The translations under genes and the position numbers were made by a program. The notes under the pieces were generated by a model. The model was not told where the DNA came from. It saw only the letters and a program-made list of their open reading frames with translations, and ran no database searches. A stretch of DNA of 64,000 bases, from the IMG/VR virus record IMGVR_UViG_3300043409_000680, positions 1 through 64,000 of that record. One strand, written 5' to 3'. Below are positions 37,893 through 47,681 of this stretch, piece after piece. How positions within the stretch are numbered: the first letter of the stretch is position 1; each line of letters starts with the position of its first letter. The DNA is from a virus.

Positions 37893-39451
37893 TGTCATTC
37901 ACTGGAACTTTATTACCCTACCAGGTTGAGGCTGTAGATGCCATGGTGGCACGCAAGAAAATGCTTGTTGCCTATGACCTGGGTTTAGGTAAGACTGTTC
38001 TAACTATTGCAGCAATAGAAGAGTTGAATTTAGAAGAGCCTGGTATTGTTATATGCCTATCCAGCCTTAAATATCAGTGGGCTGAACAAATCAGAAAGTT
38101 TACTGATGTTGGAAATCCTTTGGTCATTGATGGCACCCCCAAGCAAAGAGCCCTCCAGTATGAGCAAGCGCTCACTGGAGAGTACACTCATATCATTATC
38201 AACTACGAGCAAGTTGTTAACGACTGGGAGCAAGTACGACTACTCCCACAGGGATTCATTGTCTGCGACGAAGCAACCGCAATTAAATCTTTCAGGTCTA
38301 AACGATCAAAGCAAGTAAAGAAGTTAGAAAGTAAAGTTAAATTTGCACTTACCGGAACTCCTATTGAGAATGGTAAGCCTGAAGAGCTGTATAGCATTAT
38401 GCAGTTTATTGACCCTAAGATCTTAGGGCGTTTTGATTTATTTGACCAAACCTTTATTGTACGTAATCGTTTTGGTGGGGTAGAGCGTTACCGTAACTTA
38501 CCTACATTAAGCAAGACACTTGCTACAGCGACAGTACGCAAACGCCAACAAGACCCAGACGTTGCACCATATCTTCCAGATACTATCTTTGCAGAACCTA
38601 TTTTAGTATCTTTTGATAAAGCTGGATCAGCGCTATATAAGCAAATAGCAAATGAAATACTAAATGATTTAGATGATGCTTTAGATAGTTACGGCAGCTC
38701 CTTTGACTTATTTTCACACTACTCTGGTGAACATCAAGATGAGGCTGCCAATGCTCTTAAAGGAAAGATTATGTCTAAGCTTACTGCATTACGCATGCTT
38801 TGCGATAGTCCGTCTTTGTTGTCTAACTCTGCTGGTAAATACCGTAAAGATCCTGACAATGGGTCTAAATATGTTAATGATTTAGATGAGGCAGGCAAGT
38901 TAGCTGTGCTTAAAGCAAGTCCTAAAGCTAAAGCACTTGAGTCTTACGTAGTTGACTTCTTAGATAGTTATGAAGGCAACAAGCTAGTAATCTTTACCAG
39001 TTATGTGCATATGGTAAAATTATTGCACAAATCTTTAGAAAACTATTCACCACAAATGTATACAGGAGAAATGAATGCAAAAGACAAAGAAGCTGCTAAA
39101 GTTACTTTCCAAACTGATCCAGGTTGTCGTATTCTTATTAGTTCTGATGCCGGTGGCTATGGTGTGGATCTGCCTCAAGCTAATCTCCTTATTAATTACG
39201 ACCTTCCGTGGAACGCCGGTTTGGCTCTCCAACGCAATGGCCGTATACGAAGAGCCTCTAGTACTTGGCCTACAATTGTTATTCAAGACTTCTTAATGGA
39301 AGGATCCATTGAGGAACGTCAACATGCTATGCTTGTACAAAAGATGGCTGTGGCTAATGCCGTACTTGATGGGGAAGGAATAAATGATGCAGGTGGAGTT
39401 ACCCTAACTGCGGGTACACTTAGGGCTTTTTTAACGGCTATTTCAGTCTAA
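37892..39451 (+). CDS. SNF2-family helicase
   Basis: DLGLGKT, CDEA, LTGTPIEN, G.G.DL, YDLPWN, QR.GRI.R. Confidence 0.92.
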   Translation: MSFTGTLLPYQVEAVDAMVARKKMLVAYDLGLGKTVLTIAAIEELNLEEPGIVICLSSLKYQWAEQIRKFTDVGNPLVIDGTPKQRALQYEQALTGEYTHIIINYEQVVNDWEQVRLLPQGFIVCDEATAIKSFRSKRSKQVKKLESKVKFALTGTPIENGKPEELYSIMQFIDPKILGRFDLFDQTFIVRNRFGGVERYRNLPTLSKTLATATVRKRQQDPDVAPYLPDTIFAEPILVSFDKAGSALYKQIANEILNDLDDALDSYGSSFDLFSHYSGEHQDEAANALKGKIMSKLTALRMLCDSPSLLSNSAGKYRKDPDNGSKYVNDLDEAGKLAVLKASPKAKALESYVVDFLDSYEGNKLVIFTSYVHMVKLLHKSLENYSPQMYTGEMNAKDKEAAKVTFQTDPGCRILISSDAGGYGVDLPQANLLINYDLPWNAGLALQRNGRIRRASSTWPTIVIQDFLMEGSIEERQHAMLVQKMAVANAVLDGEGINDAGGVTLTAGTLRAFLTAISV

Positions 39452-39463
39452 TATATAACTACT

Positions 39464-39625
39464 ATGCCTAATGCGCCTAAAACCCCGACACGTACTATAC
39501 GTGTGTCAAACGATCTTTGGACTGCTGTTAAAGACAAAGCCGCTATTGAAGAACGTACCGTTACGGACGTTATTATTCAGGCTCTAAAAGCCTATATTAA
39601 GGATTTGCATTCTACGGATTTATAG
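39464..39625 (+). CDS. Ribbon-helix-helix DNA-binding protein (53 aa)
   Basis: TRTIRVSNDLW..VK.KA..E.RTVTDVI..AL..Y. Confidence 0.8.
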   Translation: MPNAPKTPTRTIRVSNDLWTAVKDKAAIEERTVTDVIIQALKAYIKDLHSTDL

Positions 39626-39633
39626 TCTATAAT
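39605..39633 (+). promoter_or_regulatory. Sigma70/SigA promoter
   Basis: TTGCAT-N17-TATAAT. Confidence 0.75.
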
Positions 39634-39653
39634 ATTACTATAAGGGGGTAAAA

Positions 39654-40091
39654 ATGCCAAAAGTTATAAGCAAAGAACCAAGCAAAGTTGAAGACCCATT
39701 TTTGGGTAAAGTCCGAGAATTCCTTGGGCTTCGTAGTCGTGTAAAAGACCTAACAGCGCAGCAAGATGCTATTAAATCAGAGCTGTCTGATATTGTAGAT
39801 ACTGACGGTGAACCTGACGAAAAAGGTAGCCTGTATGTTTATTTACCTGAAGAAATTGATGGGTATGTTGCACTAAAACGTGAGCGCAAAGTTTCACAGT
39901 CTCTTGACGCAGACACAGCAGAAAAGCTTTTAAAAGAAAAGGGCTTATTTGACCGATGCTACATACTGGAGCCCGTTCTTAAAGAAGATGAAGTTATGGC
40001 TTGTCTATACGACGGGTTGCTTTCTGAAGAAGAAATTGATATAATGTTTCCTAAGAGAGTTTCATACGCTTTTATTCCAGTAAAGTCTTAA
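39654..40091 (+). CDS. Hypothetical coiled-coil protein (Gam / gp157-like)
   Basis: N-terminal coiled coil; replication region. Confidence 0.45.
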   Translation: MPKVISKEPSKVEDPFLGKVREFLGLRSRVKDLTAQQDAIKSELSDIVDTDGEPDEKGSLYVYLPEEIDGYVALKRERKVSQSLDADTAEKLLKEKGLFDRCYILEPVLKEDEVMACLYDGLLSEEEIDIMFPKRVSYAFIPVKS

Positions 40092-40093
40092 CA

Positions 40094-40567
40094 ATGTCCG
40101 ACAAGGTCGAAGAGTTCTTTGGAAGCCTGGATGATTACTACCCAGGCTCTAAACGTAAACGTCGCCCTATTGATCCAATTGTTTCAGATAAGAAAAAGAA
40201 AAAAGAAGAAGCAAATTCCTGGGATGCAAATCCTCAGGTAAAAACCTTACCTAACGGTAAGACAGTAGAGCTGTTTAGTGCAGGGTCATTGTGCCAAGCA
40301 TTAGGCAGACCGATAGTAACTCTACGGCTGTGGGAACGTAAAGGTTATATACCGCGTGCACCTTACAGACTGCGGTCTATGATTATAGATGGAGTAAAGA
40401 AGCCAGGTTGGCGTATGTACTCTAGAGCTATGATCGAGACTACTATCAAAAGTTTCGAGTCCAGGAAGCTACTTAATGCTCCCCGGATTGATTGGAATAA
40501 GTTTCCAGACTTATCATTTGAATTAATGGAAGACTGGAAACAAATTCACGATCAAGAAACTGCTTAA
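40094..40567 (+). CDS. MerR-like HTH DNA-binding protein
   Basis: AG.L..ALGR...TLRLWERKG.IP...G.RMYS. Confidence 0.75.
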   Translation: MSDKVEEFFGSLDDYYPGSKRKRRPIDPIVSDKKKKKEEANSWDANPQVKTLPNGKTVELFSAGSLCQALGRPIVTLRLWERKGYIPRAPYRLRSMIIDGVKKPGWRMYSRAMIETTIKSFESRKLLNAPRIDWNKFPDLSFELMEDWKQIHDQETA

Positions 40568-40626
40568 TCAACTTAGCGCAAAAGCTCACCCGAGCTTAGC
40601 TATCAACCTACAACCGAAAGGACGCC

Positions 40627-41322
40627 ATGAGCGCCGCATCACTAAAGCTAAAGAAAGAAACACCTAATGTAGATTCATACGGATCTGCAGACCTTGAAGA
40701 AGAACTCTTTGAGGTAGAAGATGAAAATGAAACTCCTGCTCGTTCATCTTCAGTACAATCAGGCTGGGCTGCTGCTAAAAAAGTAGCAAGCTCACAATCT
40801 AAGTCTTTTGCAACTGATTTCAAGTTTGACGAAGACGTGCAACTAATCAAGTTTATCTCTGATGAACCAATGGCTTTTATGCAACACTGGGTTAATCGCC
40901 CAGGTAAAAAGTCATTCATCAGCATCGGTGAAGATGATCCACTACTAAAGGTTGGAAGTGTTCCTTCCCCTAAGTTTGCATTCACCGTACTAAATATCTC
41001 TGATGAAGAACCAGAGGTACAGTTAATGACCGTTGGGGTGCGCCTTTGTGGTCAGCTAGAGAAGCTTGCTTCGAATCCGAAGACAGGTCCTCTAAATCGT
41101 GCTGATCTCTATTGGGCAGTAAGCAAGTCTGGTCAAGGCACCAAAACTTCTTACTCTGTAGTTCCTGTAAAGGAACGAGACCTCGCTGAAGAATGGGAAC
41201 TTGATCCCGTTGCTGTTGCTGAGTTGGTCAAAACTGCTAAGCCTCTAGGGTCTGAAGCTCTCCAGACTTCTACCAAGGCCGAGTTGGCAGAGATTGCTCG
41301 TGAAATCGCAGCAAGCATCTAA
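40627..41322 (+). CDS. Single-stranded DNA-binding protein (gp32-like)
   Basis: IKF, QHW, FTVLN, VSKSG.G.KT.Y.V.P; directly upstream of the polymerase gene. Confidence 0.65.
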   Translation: MSAASLKLKKETPNVDSYGSADLEEELFEVEDENETPARSSSVQSGWAAAKKVASSQSKSFATDFKFDEDVQLIKFISDEPMAFMQHWVNRPGKKSFISIGEDDPLLKVGSVPSPKFAFTVLNISDEEPEVQLMTVGVRLCGQLEKLASNPKTGPLNRADLYWAVSKSGQGTKTSYSVVPVKERDLAEEWELDPVAVAELVKTAKPLGSEALQTSTKAELAEIAREIAASI

Positions 41323-41335
41323 GTAACCCATAAAC

Positions 41336-41396
41336 GTTGTGGGGGCCTGGTTTTTAACCTCCTTTCTACAGGCCCCCACAGCACCTATTTAAGGAG
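41336..41396 (+). promoter_or_regulatory. 14-bp stem-loop with anti-SD loop upstream of the DNA polymerase RBS
   Basis: gttgtgggggcctg / caggcccccacagc stem; loop contains acctcctttct; AAGGAG at 41391. Confidence 0.7.
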
Positions 41397-41400
41397 AGCA

Positions 41401-43389
41401 ATGAACATTATTACTACCACAGAACAGCTTGATGAGTTTGTTGCTGCCTACGATAAAGTAGATGCATTTGTCTATGACGTAGAAACTGTTGGAGTACACC
41501 GAGGAGATCCACGACAGAATATTGTTACGTGGATTGCTTTTGCTACTAACGGCCGTGTAGATGTTATTCCTATGGGTCATCCAAATGGTGATTATATTCG
41601 TACCAATTTTCCCCTCTTGCCTTCTGCTCAAGACCGTATTATAAAAGGACTTGCTATTCGTCCATCAGACTACAGCAAAGATGAGCGCAAAGCAACTAAA
41701 GTATTTACAGAAGCACCAGAGCAATTAACTACTGGTGAAGTATTCAAGGCTCTTAAGCCTTTGTTTAGAAGTGATAAACTAAAGATCGGACACAACTTAA
41801 AGTTCGATCTGCAGAGTGTAACCAAGTACCTTGGTGCCCTGCCAGCGCAGCCGTACGCTTGTACCCTCAATGCTGCGTTTATTATTAATAGCCAGAACCG
41901 TCTCAACTTAGGTCTTGATGATTGCCTAAAGCGTGAGTTTGGTTACGAAATGGTTAAGGGTGTGGGTAAAGAAGTCGAAGTCTACAGCTTTGATGAGGTT
42001 GCTACCTACGCTGCCTTAGATGCTGAGTGGACGTGGAAACTGTGGCAAAAGTACTCCCAAGATCTTGACAATGATAACTTGCGTGGACTATTCCGTCTTG
42101 AAATGGATGTGCTTGAGGTTATCTCTAATATGGAGCTTCATGGCGCTAACATTGACGTAAGCCAGTTAACAAAGCTTAAAGCGGAGCTTGAGGTACAGCT
42201 GGAGACTACAAAAGCTACTATCTACAGGCTAGCAGGTAAGGCTTTTAATATTAATAGTATTCCTGAAAAGCAAAGACTTGTTTTTGGCGCTAAGAAAGAT
42301 GGCGGACGAGGTTTAAAACCTAAGGGACGTAATGCGTTAACTCCAAAAGGTACAAAGAATGAAGAAAGCGGAAACGCTCTTTCTATTACAGATTACTCTG
42401 TATCTGAGCCAGCATTAAAAATCTTTCAAGGCAAAGATGCTTTAGTAGATGCTCTACTTAACTATGCTGATTTAAATAAACTATTAACTACATATGTTAT
42501 TCCATACTTAGGTGGAGACATTACCCGTACAACTTCAGGTAAAGCTAAGATTGTTGCTAAGAAGAGTCTGTTAGTTAAGGGAAAGATCCATACTGATTTT
42601 ATACAGTATGGTGCTGAAACGGGTCGCTTTGCTTCACGCAACCCTAACCTTCAAAATATCCCTAACTCTAAAAGTGTCAACGGTAAGGCGATCCGTAACC
42701 TCTTCGTTGCTCCGGATGGTTACAAAATGATTGTGGCTGACTACTCACAGATCGAACCACGTGTCACCGCTTCCTTCAGCGGGGATCGCCTTATGTGTGA
42801 GGGTTACTTAAATGGTGAAGATGTGTACGTAACCATGGGTAAGCTTATGGGTATTGATGATCGTCCCAAGTGTAAGACCTTGTTTCTTGCTGTTATGTAC
42901 GGAGTTGGCCCAGATAAAGTAGCAGCAGATATTGGCTGCTCTGTTAGCGAGGCTCGTGACTTGTTAGATCAGTTTGCAGGTAAATTTCCTACTGTTATGC
43001 GTTATAAGAAGCAAGTCATTTCTGACTCACGTCGACGTGGCCCAATACCTTACGCCAAGACTTATTTAGGACGCCGCCGTTACTTGCCTAATCTTCGTTC
43101 TGGTGTAATGTGGGAGCGTGCCCAGGCAGAGCGCCAGGCGTTTAACACTGTTATACAAGGGTCTTCAGCAGATCTTATAAAGCTTGCTATGATTAGGGCA
43201 CATAAGCTAATCCCGGATAAAGCAAGCCTTATCCTTACCATCCACGATGAACTTGTAACTGTTACTCCAGAGAATTTGGTAGAAGAAACAGAAGCAGCAA
43301 TTCGTGAGGCTATGGAAGGAATTACCGCTCTCAGCATTCCGTTGTTAGCAGAAGTAAGTATTGCTAATAGATGGGGAGATGCTAAATAA
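41401..43389 (+). CDS. polA: Family A DNA polymerase with 3'-5' exonuclease
   Basis: YDVET, GHNLKFD, YAALDA; TGRF..RNPNLQNIP, ADYSQIE, K...L..MYG, IHDE. Confidence 0.95.
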   Translation: MNIITTTEQLDEFVAAYDKVDAFVYDVETVGVHRGDPRQNIVTWIAFATNGRVDVIPMGHPNGDYIRTNFPLLPSAQDRIIKGLAIRPSDYSKDERKATKVFTEAPEQLTTGEVFKALKPLFRSDKLKIGHNLKFDLQSVTKYLGALPAQPYACTLNAAFIINSQNRLNLGLDDCLKREFGYEMVKGVGKEVEVYSFDEVATYAALDAEWTWKLWQKYSQDLDNDNLRGLFRLEMDVLEVISNMELHGANIDVSQLTKLKAELEVQLETTKATIYRLAGKAFNINSIPEKQRLVFGAKKDGGRGLKPKGRNALTPKGTKNEESGNALSITDYSVSEPALKIFQGKDALVDALLNYADLNKLLTTYVIPYLGGDITRTTSGKAKIVAKKSLLVKGKIHTDFIQYGAETGRFASRNPNLQNIPNSKSVNGKAIRNLFVAPDGYKMIVADYSQIEPRVTASFSGDRLMCEGYLNGEDVYVTMGKLMGIDDRPKCKTLFLAVMYGVGPDKVAADIGCSVSEARDLLDQFAGKFPTVMRYKKQVISDSRRRGPIPYAKTYLGRRRYLPNLRSGVMWERAQAERQAFNTVIQGSSADLIKLAMIRAHKLIPDKASLILTIHDELVTVTPENLVEETEAAIREAMEGITALSIPLLAEVSIANRWGDAK

Positions 43390-43820
43390 TGTTTGGTAGA
43401 AAAAAGAAACAGTCAGAACAGCTGTCTAGGCTATTGAGTGTGCCGTTGCCTGTTTTAATTAGACAAGTTATTTACGATTCTATGTTAGAGCCAGCAGAAG
43501 ACATTGCTGAAGCTTTAGGCTTACCTCCAATTTCTGATGAGGTATCTGAAATGGAAGAGCGTGCAAGTCAAGATCGTTTGCAATTCTTTTCTCAACTACT
43601 TCCTTTTATTGACTCACATGCAGATATTGCAGCAAAGATTGCTTCAGCAGCATATGTGTTTTCTGATGAAATTGACACAGAAGAAAAAGTAGAGAGCATT
43701 GATTTAGAGGAAATGACTAAGTTATTTAGGCTTGTATCGTTGTCTGCGTCAGTATCTTGCATCTCTACATTATTTAGTTTAGACCTAATACACTTGAATG
43801 GAGCAAAGCATGGCAAATAA
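43389..43820 (+). CDS. Hypothetical protein
   Basis: ORF track; TAATG overlap. Confidence 0.65.
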   Translation: MFGRKKKQSEQLSRLLSVPLPVLIRQVIYDSMLEPAEDIAEALGLPPISDEVSEMEERASQDRLQFFSQLLPFIDSHADIAAKIASAAYVFSDEIDTEEKVESIDLEEMTKLFRLVSLSASVSCISTLFSLDLIHLNGAKHGK

Positions 43821-44205
43821 TGATTGGTGGGCTAACAAGTTAGGTGGAAAAACCGGTTCTTCAAGTTCTACACCTGCAGTAGGTCCTGCACCCAACGTGC
43901 CATACAGCCCTCCTGCACAGCAACCAAATGTACAGGTTAACTATGATCCTGAAAATGATCAGTTAGTTTCTAAAGCTAGGACATCACGCATGTCTGATCG
44001 TTGTCCTGAATGCAACAGTGGTAACTATTTTGCTCCACAAGGTACGCAACGAATGCGTTGTTACGACTGCGGGTACCCTGTAATGCAGTCTGGTTCAGGT
44101 GCAGGAATGCCTAGTGGAAGTAGCGCAGGGCCTACTCAAGCTGCAAAGCAAGTGGGACAAAAGGGCGGGTTTAATCCAAACATAATTGTAGATAGGATCG
44201 GGTAA
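43810..44205 (+). CDS. Zn-ribbon protein
   Basis: CPEC.S.NY...RCYDCGYP. Confidence 0.7.
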   Translation: MANNDWWANKLGGKTGSSSSTPAVGPAPNVPYSPPAQQPNVQVNYDPENDQLVSKARTSRMSDRCPECNSGNYFAPQGTQRMRCYDCGYPVMQSGSGAGMPSGSSAGPTQAAKQVGQKGGFNPNIIVDRIG

Positions 44206-45266
44206 TGAAACTTAACGCAGAAGCTTTAAAAGTTGTAGCAAACATTAACAAAAAGGTTGGTGCGGGCACTGTGTTACTTGCTAGTCAAGTGCGATTGCCT
44301 GAACGTATCACTACCGGATCACTTACTTTAGATGTAGTTCTTGGCGGCGGTTGGCCAATGAATCATTGGGTAGAACTAGTTGGAGAAGCATCACATGGTA
44401 AGACTGCTCTTGCTCTACGTACTATTGGTGCTAACCAACAAAACAATCCAGACTTTACCGCTGTTTGGATTGCAGCTGAAGCGTTTGACGCACAGTATGC
44501 AGAATTATGCGGGGTTGACACAGAGCGTGTCATTCTTGTAGAGACAAATAGTATGGAGGATGCTTTCGATGCAGTTATTCAATTCATGGAAAGTAAAGCT
44601 GTTGATATGGTCGTTGTTGATTCTCTTCCTGCCCTGGTTCCTAGTGCAGAGGACGAGAAGCACATGGAAGAGTTCACCGTTGGACGAGGAGCACTCATCA
44701 CCAACAAGTTCTTCCGTAAAGTAGCCTCAGCTACTAAACGTGACTTAATAGAAGCAGAGCGCCCTGTATTAGGGCTTATGATCAATCAGTATCGAATGAA
44801 AATTGGAGTTATGCATGGAGATCCACGTACCACCCCAGGTGGTCTTGGAAAAGACTACGCCTATAGTATCCGAGCAGAAGTCAAGCGCGATGACTGGCTG
44901 GAGGTTGGGACTGGGCAGGATAAGCGTCGCATTGGACAGACTATCCGAGTTAGAACCATTAAGAATAAGACCTTCCCGCCACAACAAACGGCGTACCTAG
45001 ACTTTTACTTTGCAGACGGCGGCCCAATTGATGCTGGAAGCTATGACACTGGCAAAGAGATTGTTGCCCTAGGTATACTAAACGGTATCATTGACCGCAG
45101 GGGTGGCTGGATGTATTACGGGGACCGTAAGTGGCAAGGTGCTCAAGCGTTGATCGAATCCCTTCGTGAGGAGGTAGACTTAGCTAGTGAGATTAGCACA
45201 GCCGTAATGGATACGCTAAGATCTGCTCCAATCTTGTTGCTTAACAAAGATGACAGTGAAGAGTGA
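44205..45266 (+). CDS. recA: RecA recombinase
   Basis: TGSL.LD..LGGG.P, GEASHGKT, VVVDSL.ALVP, INQ.RMKIGV..GDP.TTPGG, KNK. Confidence 0.95.
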   Translation: MKLNAEALKVVANINKKVGAGTVLLASQVRLPERITTGSLTLDVVLGGGWPMNHWVELVGEASHGKTALALRTIGANQQNNPDFTAVWIAAEAFDAQYAELCGVDTERVILVETNSMEDAFDAVIQFMESKAVDMVVVDSLPALVPSAEDEKHMEEFTVGRGALITNKFFRKVASATKRDLIEAERPVLGLMINQYRMKIGVMHGDPRTTPGGLGKDYAYSIRAEVKRDDWLEVGTGQDKRRIGQTIRVRTIKNKTFPPQQTAYLDFYFADGGPIDAGSYDTGKEIVALGILNGIIDRRGGWMYYGDRKWQGAQALIESLREEVDLASEISTAVMDTLRSAPILLLNKDDSEE

Positions 45267-45573
45267 AGGACAAAAGCAATCTCTTAAACATGAAAAACGT
45301 TTAGAGAAAGCAATAGGCGGCCAGCGCAGTGCCGCTTCCGGTGCATTTTGGTCTCGTAAGGGGGACGTCAGAAGTGACGACCTTCTTATTGAACACAAAT
45401 GGACGGGAAAGAAACAAGTTACTATTAAGTCTGACGTACTTAAGAAAATAACTATTGAAGCAATCTTAGATAGCAGAATGCCTGTTCTTGGGTTGCATCT
45501 TGACGGTGAGAATTATGTTGTTCTATGTGAGGAGGATTTCTTTGAGTTACGTAACTCAGTAAAAGGTGAATAA
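45250..45573 (+). CDS. PD-(D/E)XK nuclease, Holliday junction resolvase-like
   Basis: E......GG.R...SGA....KGDV.....IEHK. Confidence 0.75.
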   Translation: MTVKSEGQKQSLKHEKRLEKAIGGQRSAASGAFWSRKGDVRSDDLLIEHKWTGKKQVTIKSDVLKKITIEAILDSRMPVLGLHLDGENYVVLCEEDFFELRNSVKGE

Positions 45574-45905
45574 TGCGATATAGCGATGACCCGTCATGGA
45601 CATGGCGGTATGAGGCTAAGTGTAGGGGCGAAGACACAGAGTTATTTTTTCCACCCCGTGATAAGGCTTTATACAAACCTATCGCAGATAAAGCTAAAGC
45701 AATTTGCTTAGGCAAGGATGGGCGACCAGTTTGCCCAGTTAGACAAGAGTGCCTTAAAGAGGCTATAATGAATGAAGAGCTTCACGGAATATTTGGTGGG
45801 ATGTCCCACAGAGAACGGAATGCAGTAAAACGTAAAATTACAAAGCAGGGGATTACCCTTGATGAGTGGTTAGAGAAAGAGGGCAGAAAGTATGGGAAAA
45901 CCTAG
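45573..45905 (+). CDS. whiB: WhiB-family transcription factor (second copy)
   Basis: W...AKC...D.ELFFP..AKAIC-x8-CPVRQECL..A...HGIFGG. Confidence 0.88.
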   Translation: MRYSDDPSWTWRYEAKCRGEDTELFFPPRDKALYKPIADKAKAICLGKDGRPVCPVRQECLKEAIMNEELHGIFGGMSHRERNAVKRKITKQGITLDEWLEKEGRKYGKT

Positions 45906-46752
45906 AACTATTGCTAGCAAGGACTTAAAAGCGTTCCTTGATGCTAACAAGCGTACCACTAGACTTATGGGCGCTATTGAACGACATGTAATTTCTAAAC
46001 CATTTGATAACCGCAATATGAAGGTTATCCACCCCTCAGATATTATTAAAGATGAGTGGTGCGGTCTTGCACAATACCACGCATTACTTGGGAACTATAA
46101 AGAAGTAAGAGATAAGCCAGCACTGCGTATGTCATCTATCTTTGCTGAGGGTCACGTGATCCATGCTAAGTGGCAGCAATGGCTGCAAGAAATGGGTGTG
46201 CTCTATGGTTATTGGAAAAAGGGCAACAAGAAAGTTGGCCCGGTACTAGCTTCTGAAGTATCTAAAACTCACACGTATGCTGAGTTCCCACTGACTAGTG
46301 CTAAACATATGATGGCCGGTCACACTGATGGTTGGGTCAAAGGAATTGGTGAAGATTTCTTAATTGAGATTAAGTCTATTGGATCAGGCACACTGCGTTA
46401 TGAAGCGCCTGCAATTCTTGCACAAGCTGAAGGTGACATTGAGAAGGCATGGAAAAATATTAAGATGCCTTTCCGTGCACACCAATTGCAAGGTCAAGTT
46501 TATTTGCACTTATGCCATTTAATGGTAGAAGAAGGGTTGATCCCCTCAGCACCAAATGAGATTGTTTTTATCTACGAGCTTAAAGCCAACCAGGATTATA
46601 AAGAGTTTGTAGTTCAGTACTCTCCTGAGTTTACTGCTGAAATCTTTGAAAAAGCCAGAGATGTAGCATGGGCTGTAGAAAATAGCCGACCACCTGTTTG
46701 TTCAACCGACCCAGAGAAGGGATGTAAACGCTGTGAGCCTTTCCGTATCTAA
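45892..46752 (+). CDS. Cas4/RecB-like PD-(D/E)XK exonuclease
   Basis: HPSD...WC, G..IH, GHTDG, IEIKS, Q...Y, C-terminal C....C..C. Confidence 0.8.
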   Translation: MGKPRTIASKDLKAFLDANKRTTRLMGAIERHVISKPFDNRNMKVIHPSDIIKDEWCGLAQYHALLGNYKEVRDKPALRMSSIFAEGHVIHAKWQQWLQEMGVLYGYWKKGNKKVGPVLASEVSKTHTYAEFPLTSAKHMMAGHTDGWVKGIGEDFLIEIKSIGSGTLRYEAPAILAQAEGDIEKAWKNIKMPFRAHQLQGQVYLHLCHLMVEEGLIPSAPNEIVFIYELKANQDYKEFVVQYSPEFTAEIFEKARDVAWAVENSRPPVCSTDPEKGCKRCEPFRI

Positions 46753-47224
46753 GAGAGCTTTAGACACCATTACTGAGTTAGGCTTCCCACTAAGCCCTAA
46801 ACCTAAGTACGATATACCTGGTTTGCCCCGTGACATTACAGAGTTAGACGATGAAGGCCTTATGGATCTTTTTGTTCAGTTCACACAGTGGAATGATCAT
46901 TTAGCTGGTGCACACGCTATTGCTATTATTAATGAGAGAGAATCTCAAAGAGCGTTAGATAATGCTGAAGATGCAGCTATGATGGCTAACTGGACTGGTG
47001 CAAAAGGCGGGGACAAAATTACTATTATTAAGGCCATTATTGGGGCCAGCCAATCCATTCAAGATCTTAAACAAGACGCAGATATTAAATACGCTTTTCG
47101 TAAGCTTATAGAGACCAAGACCCAGTGTGTAGAGCGTGACTCTCAACTAGTATCTCGTGAATTAACTCGTCGTACCTCAGACGGAGGCGGCATGCGATCT
47201 AGAACAAGAAAGTTTAACACATGA
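46733..47224 (+). CDS. Coiled-coil protein, possible UvsY-like recombination mediator
   Basis: Helical; ends SRELTRR; recombination cluster. Confidence 0.45.
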   Translation: MSLSVSKRALDTITELGFPLSPKPKYDIPGLPRDITELDDEGLMDLFVQFTQWNDHLAGAHAIAIINERESQRALDNAEDAAMMANWTGAKGGDKITIIKAIIGASQSIQDLKQDADIKYAFRKLIETKTQCVERDSQLVSRELTRRTSDGGGMRSRTRKFNT

Positions 47225-47343
47225 GTCACGAATGTTCTTTTACGTTAGACCTTGACGGACAGGTAACTTGTTTGCATTGTGGTGCCATGGATGATGTTAC
47301 TCCTCCTTCTTGGGGAGACATTCCAGTTAGTTTTGAGGAATAA
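47221..47343 (+). CDS. Small Cys/His protein (40 aa)
   Basis: MSHEC..LDLDGQVTCLHCG; ATGA overlap. Confidence 0.6.
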   Translation: MSHECSFTLDLDGQVTCLHCGAMDDVTPPSWGDIPVSFEE

Positions 47344-47433
47344 ATGAAAAAAGCATATCCTGAAGAATGGATTGGAATTTGCGGTAAATGGCATCATGCC
47401 TATTCTAATAATGAATGTGAGGACTGTAAATGA
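47344..47433 (+). CDS. Microprotein (29 aa, CGKWH...CEDC)
   Basis: Fills the gap exactly; ATGA overlap with next gene. Confidence 0.5.
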   Translation: MKKAYPEEWIGICGKWHHAYSNNECEDCK

Positions 47434-47681
47434 GTAAGCGCCAAGAAAAGATTGCTGGTCGTAAAGAAGAGCAGGCTGCTTTCTTAACAGCTCGCCGCCA
47501 AGATAATATGGCTAAGTTTGCAGCTAGGGTTGAAATGGGCAAGATGCTTCTCAATGATAATAGGGACAAGATTCCTGCTGAAGAGTTAGCTCTCCTAGAA
47601 GCTGAGCTTGCACAGAATGAAAAGATAATTGCTGATTATTTGGAGGAAATAAAGAATGCCGAGTCAACACAGGAAGCATAG
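47430..47681 (+). CDS. Hypothetical helical protein
   Basis: ORF track. Confidence 0.65.
   Translation: MSKRQEKIAGRKEEQAAFLTARRQDNMAKFAARVEMGKMLLNDNRDKIPAEELALLEAELAQNEKIIADYLEEIKNAESTQEA

Noticed and set aside
45892-46752. Cas4 as evidence of a CRISPR-Cas system
   Set aside because: No array, cas1 or cas2; stand-alone Cas4-like exonucleases are normal in phage recombination clusters.
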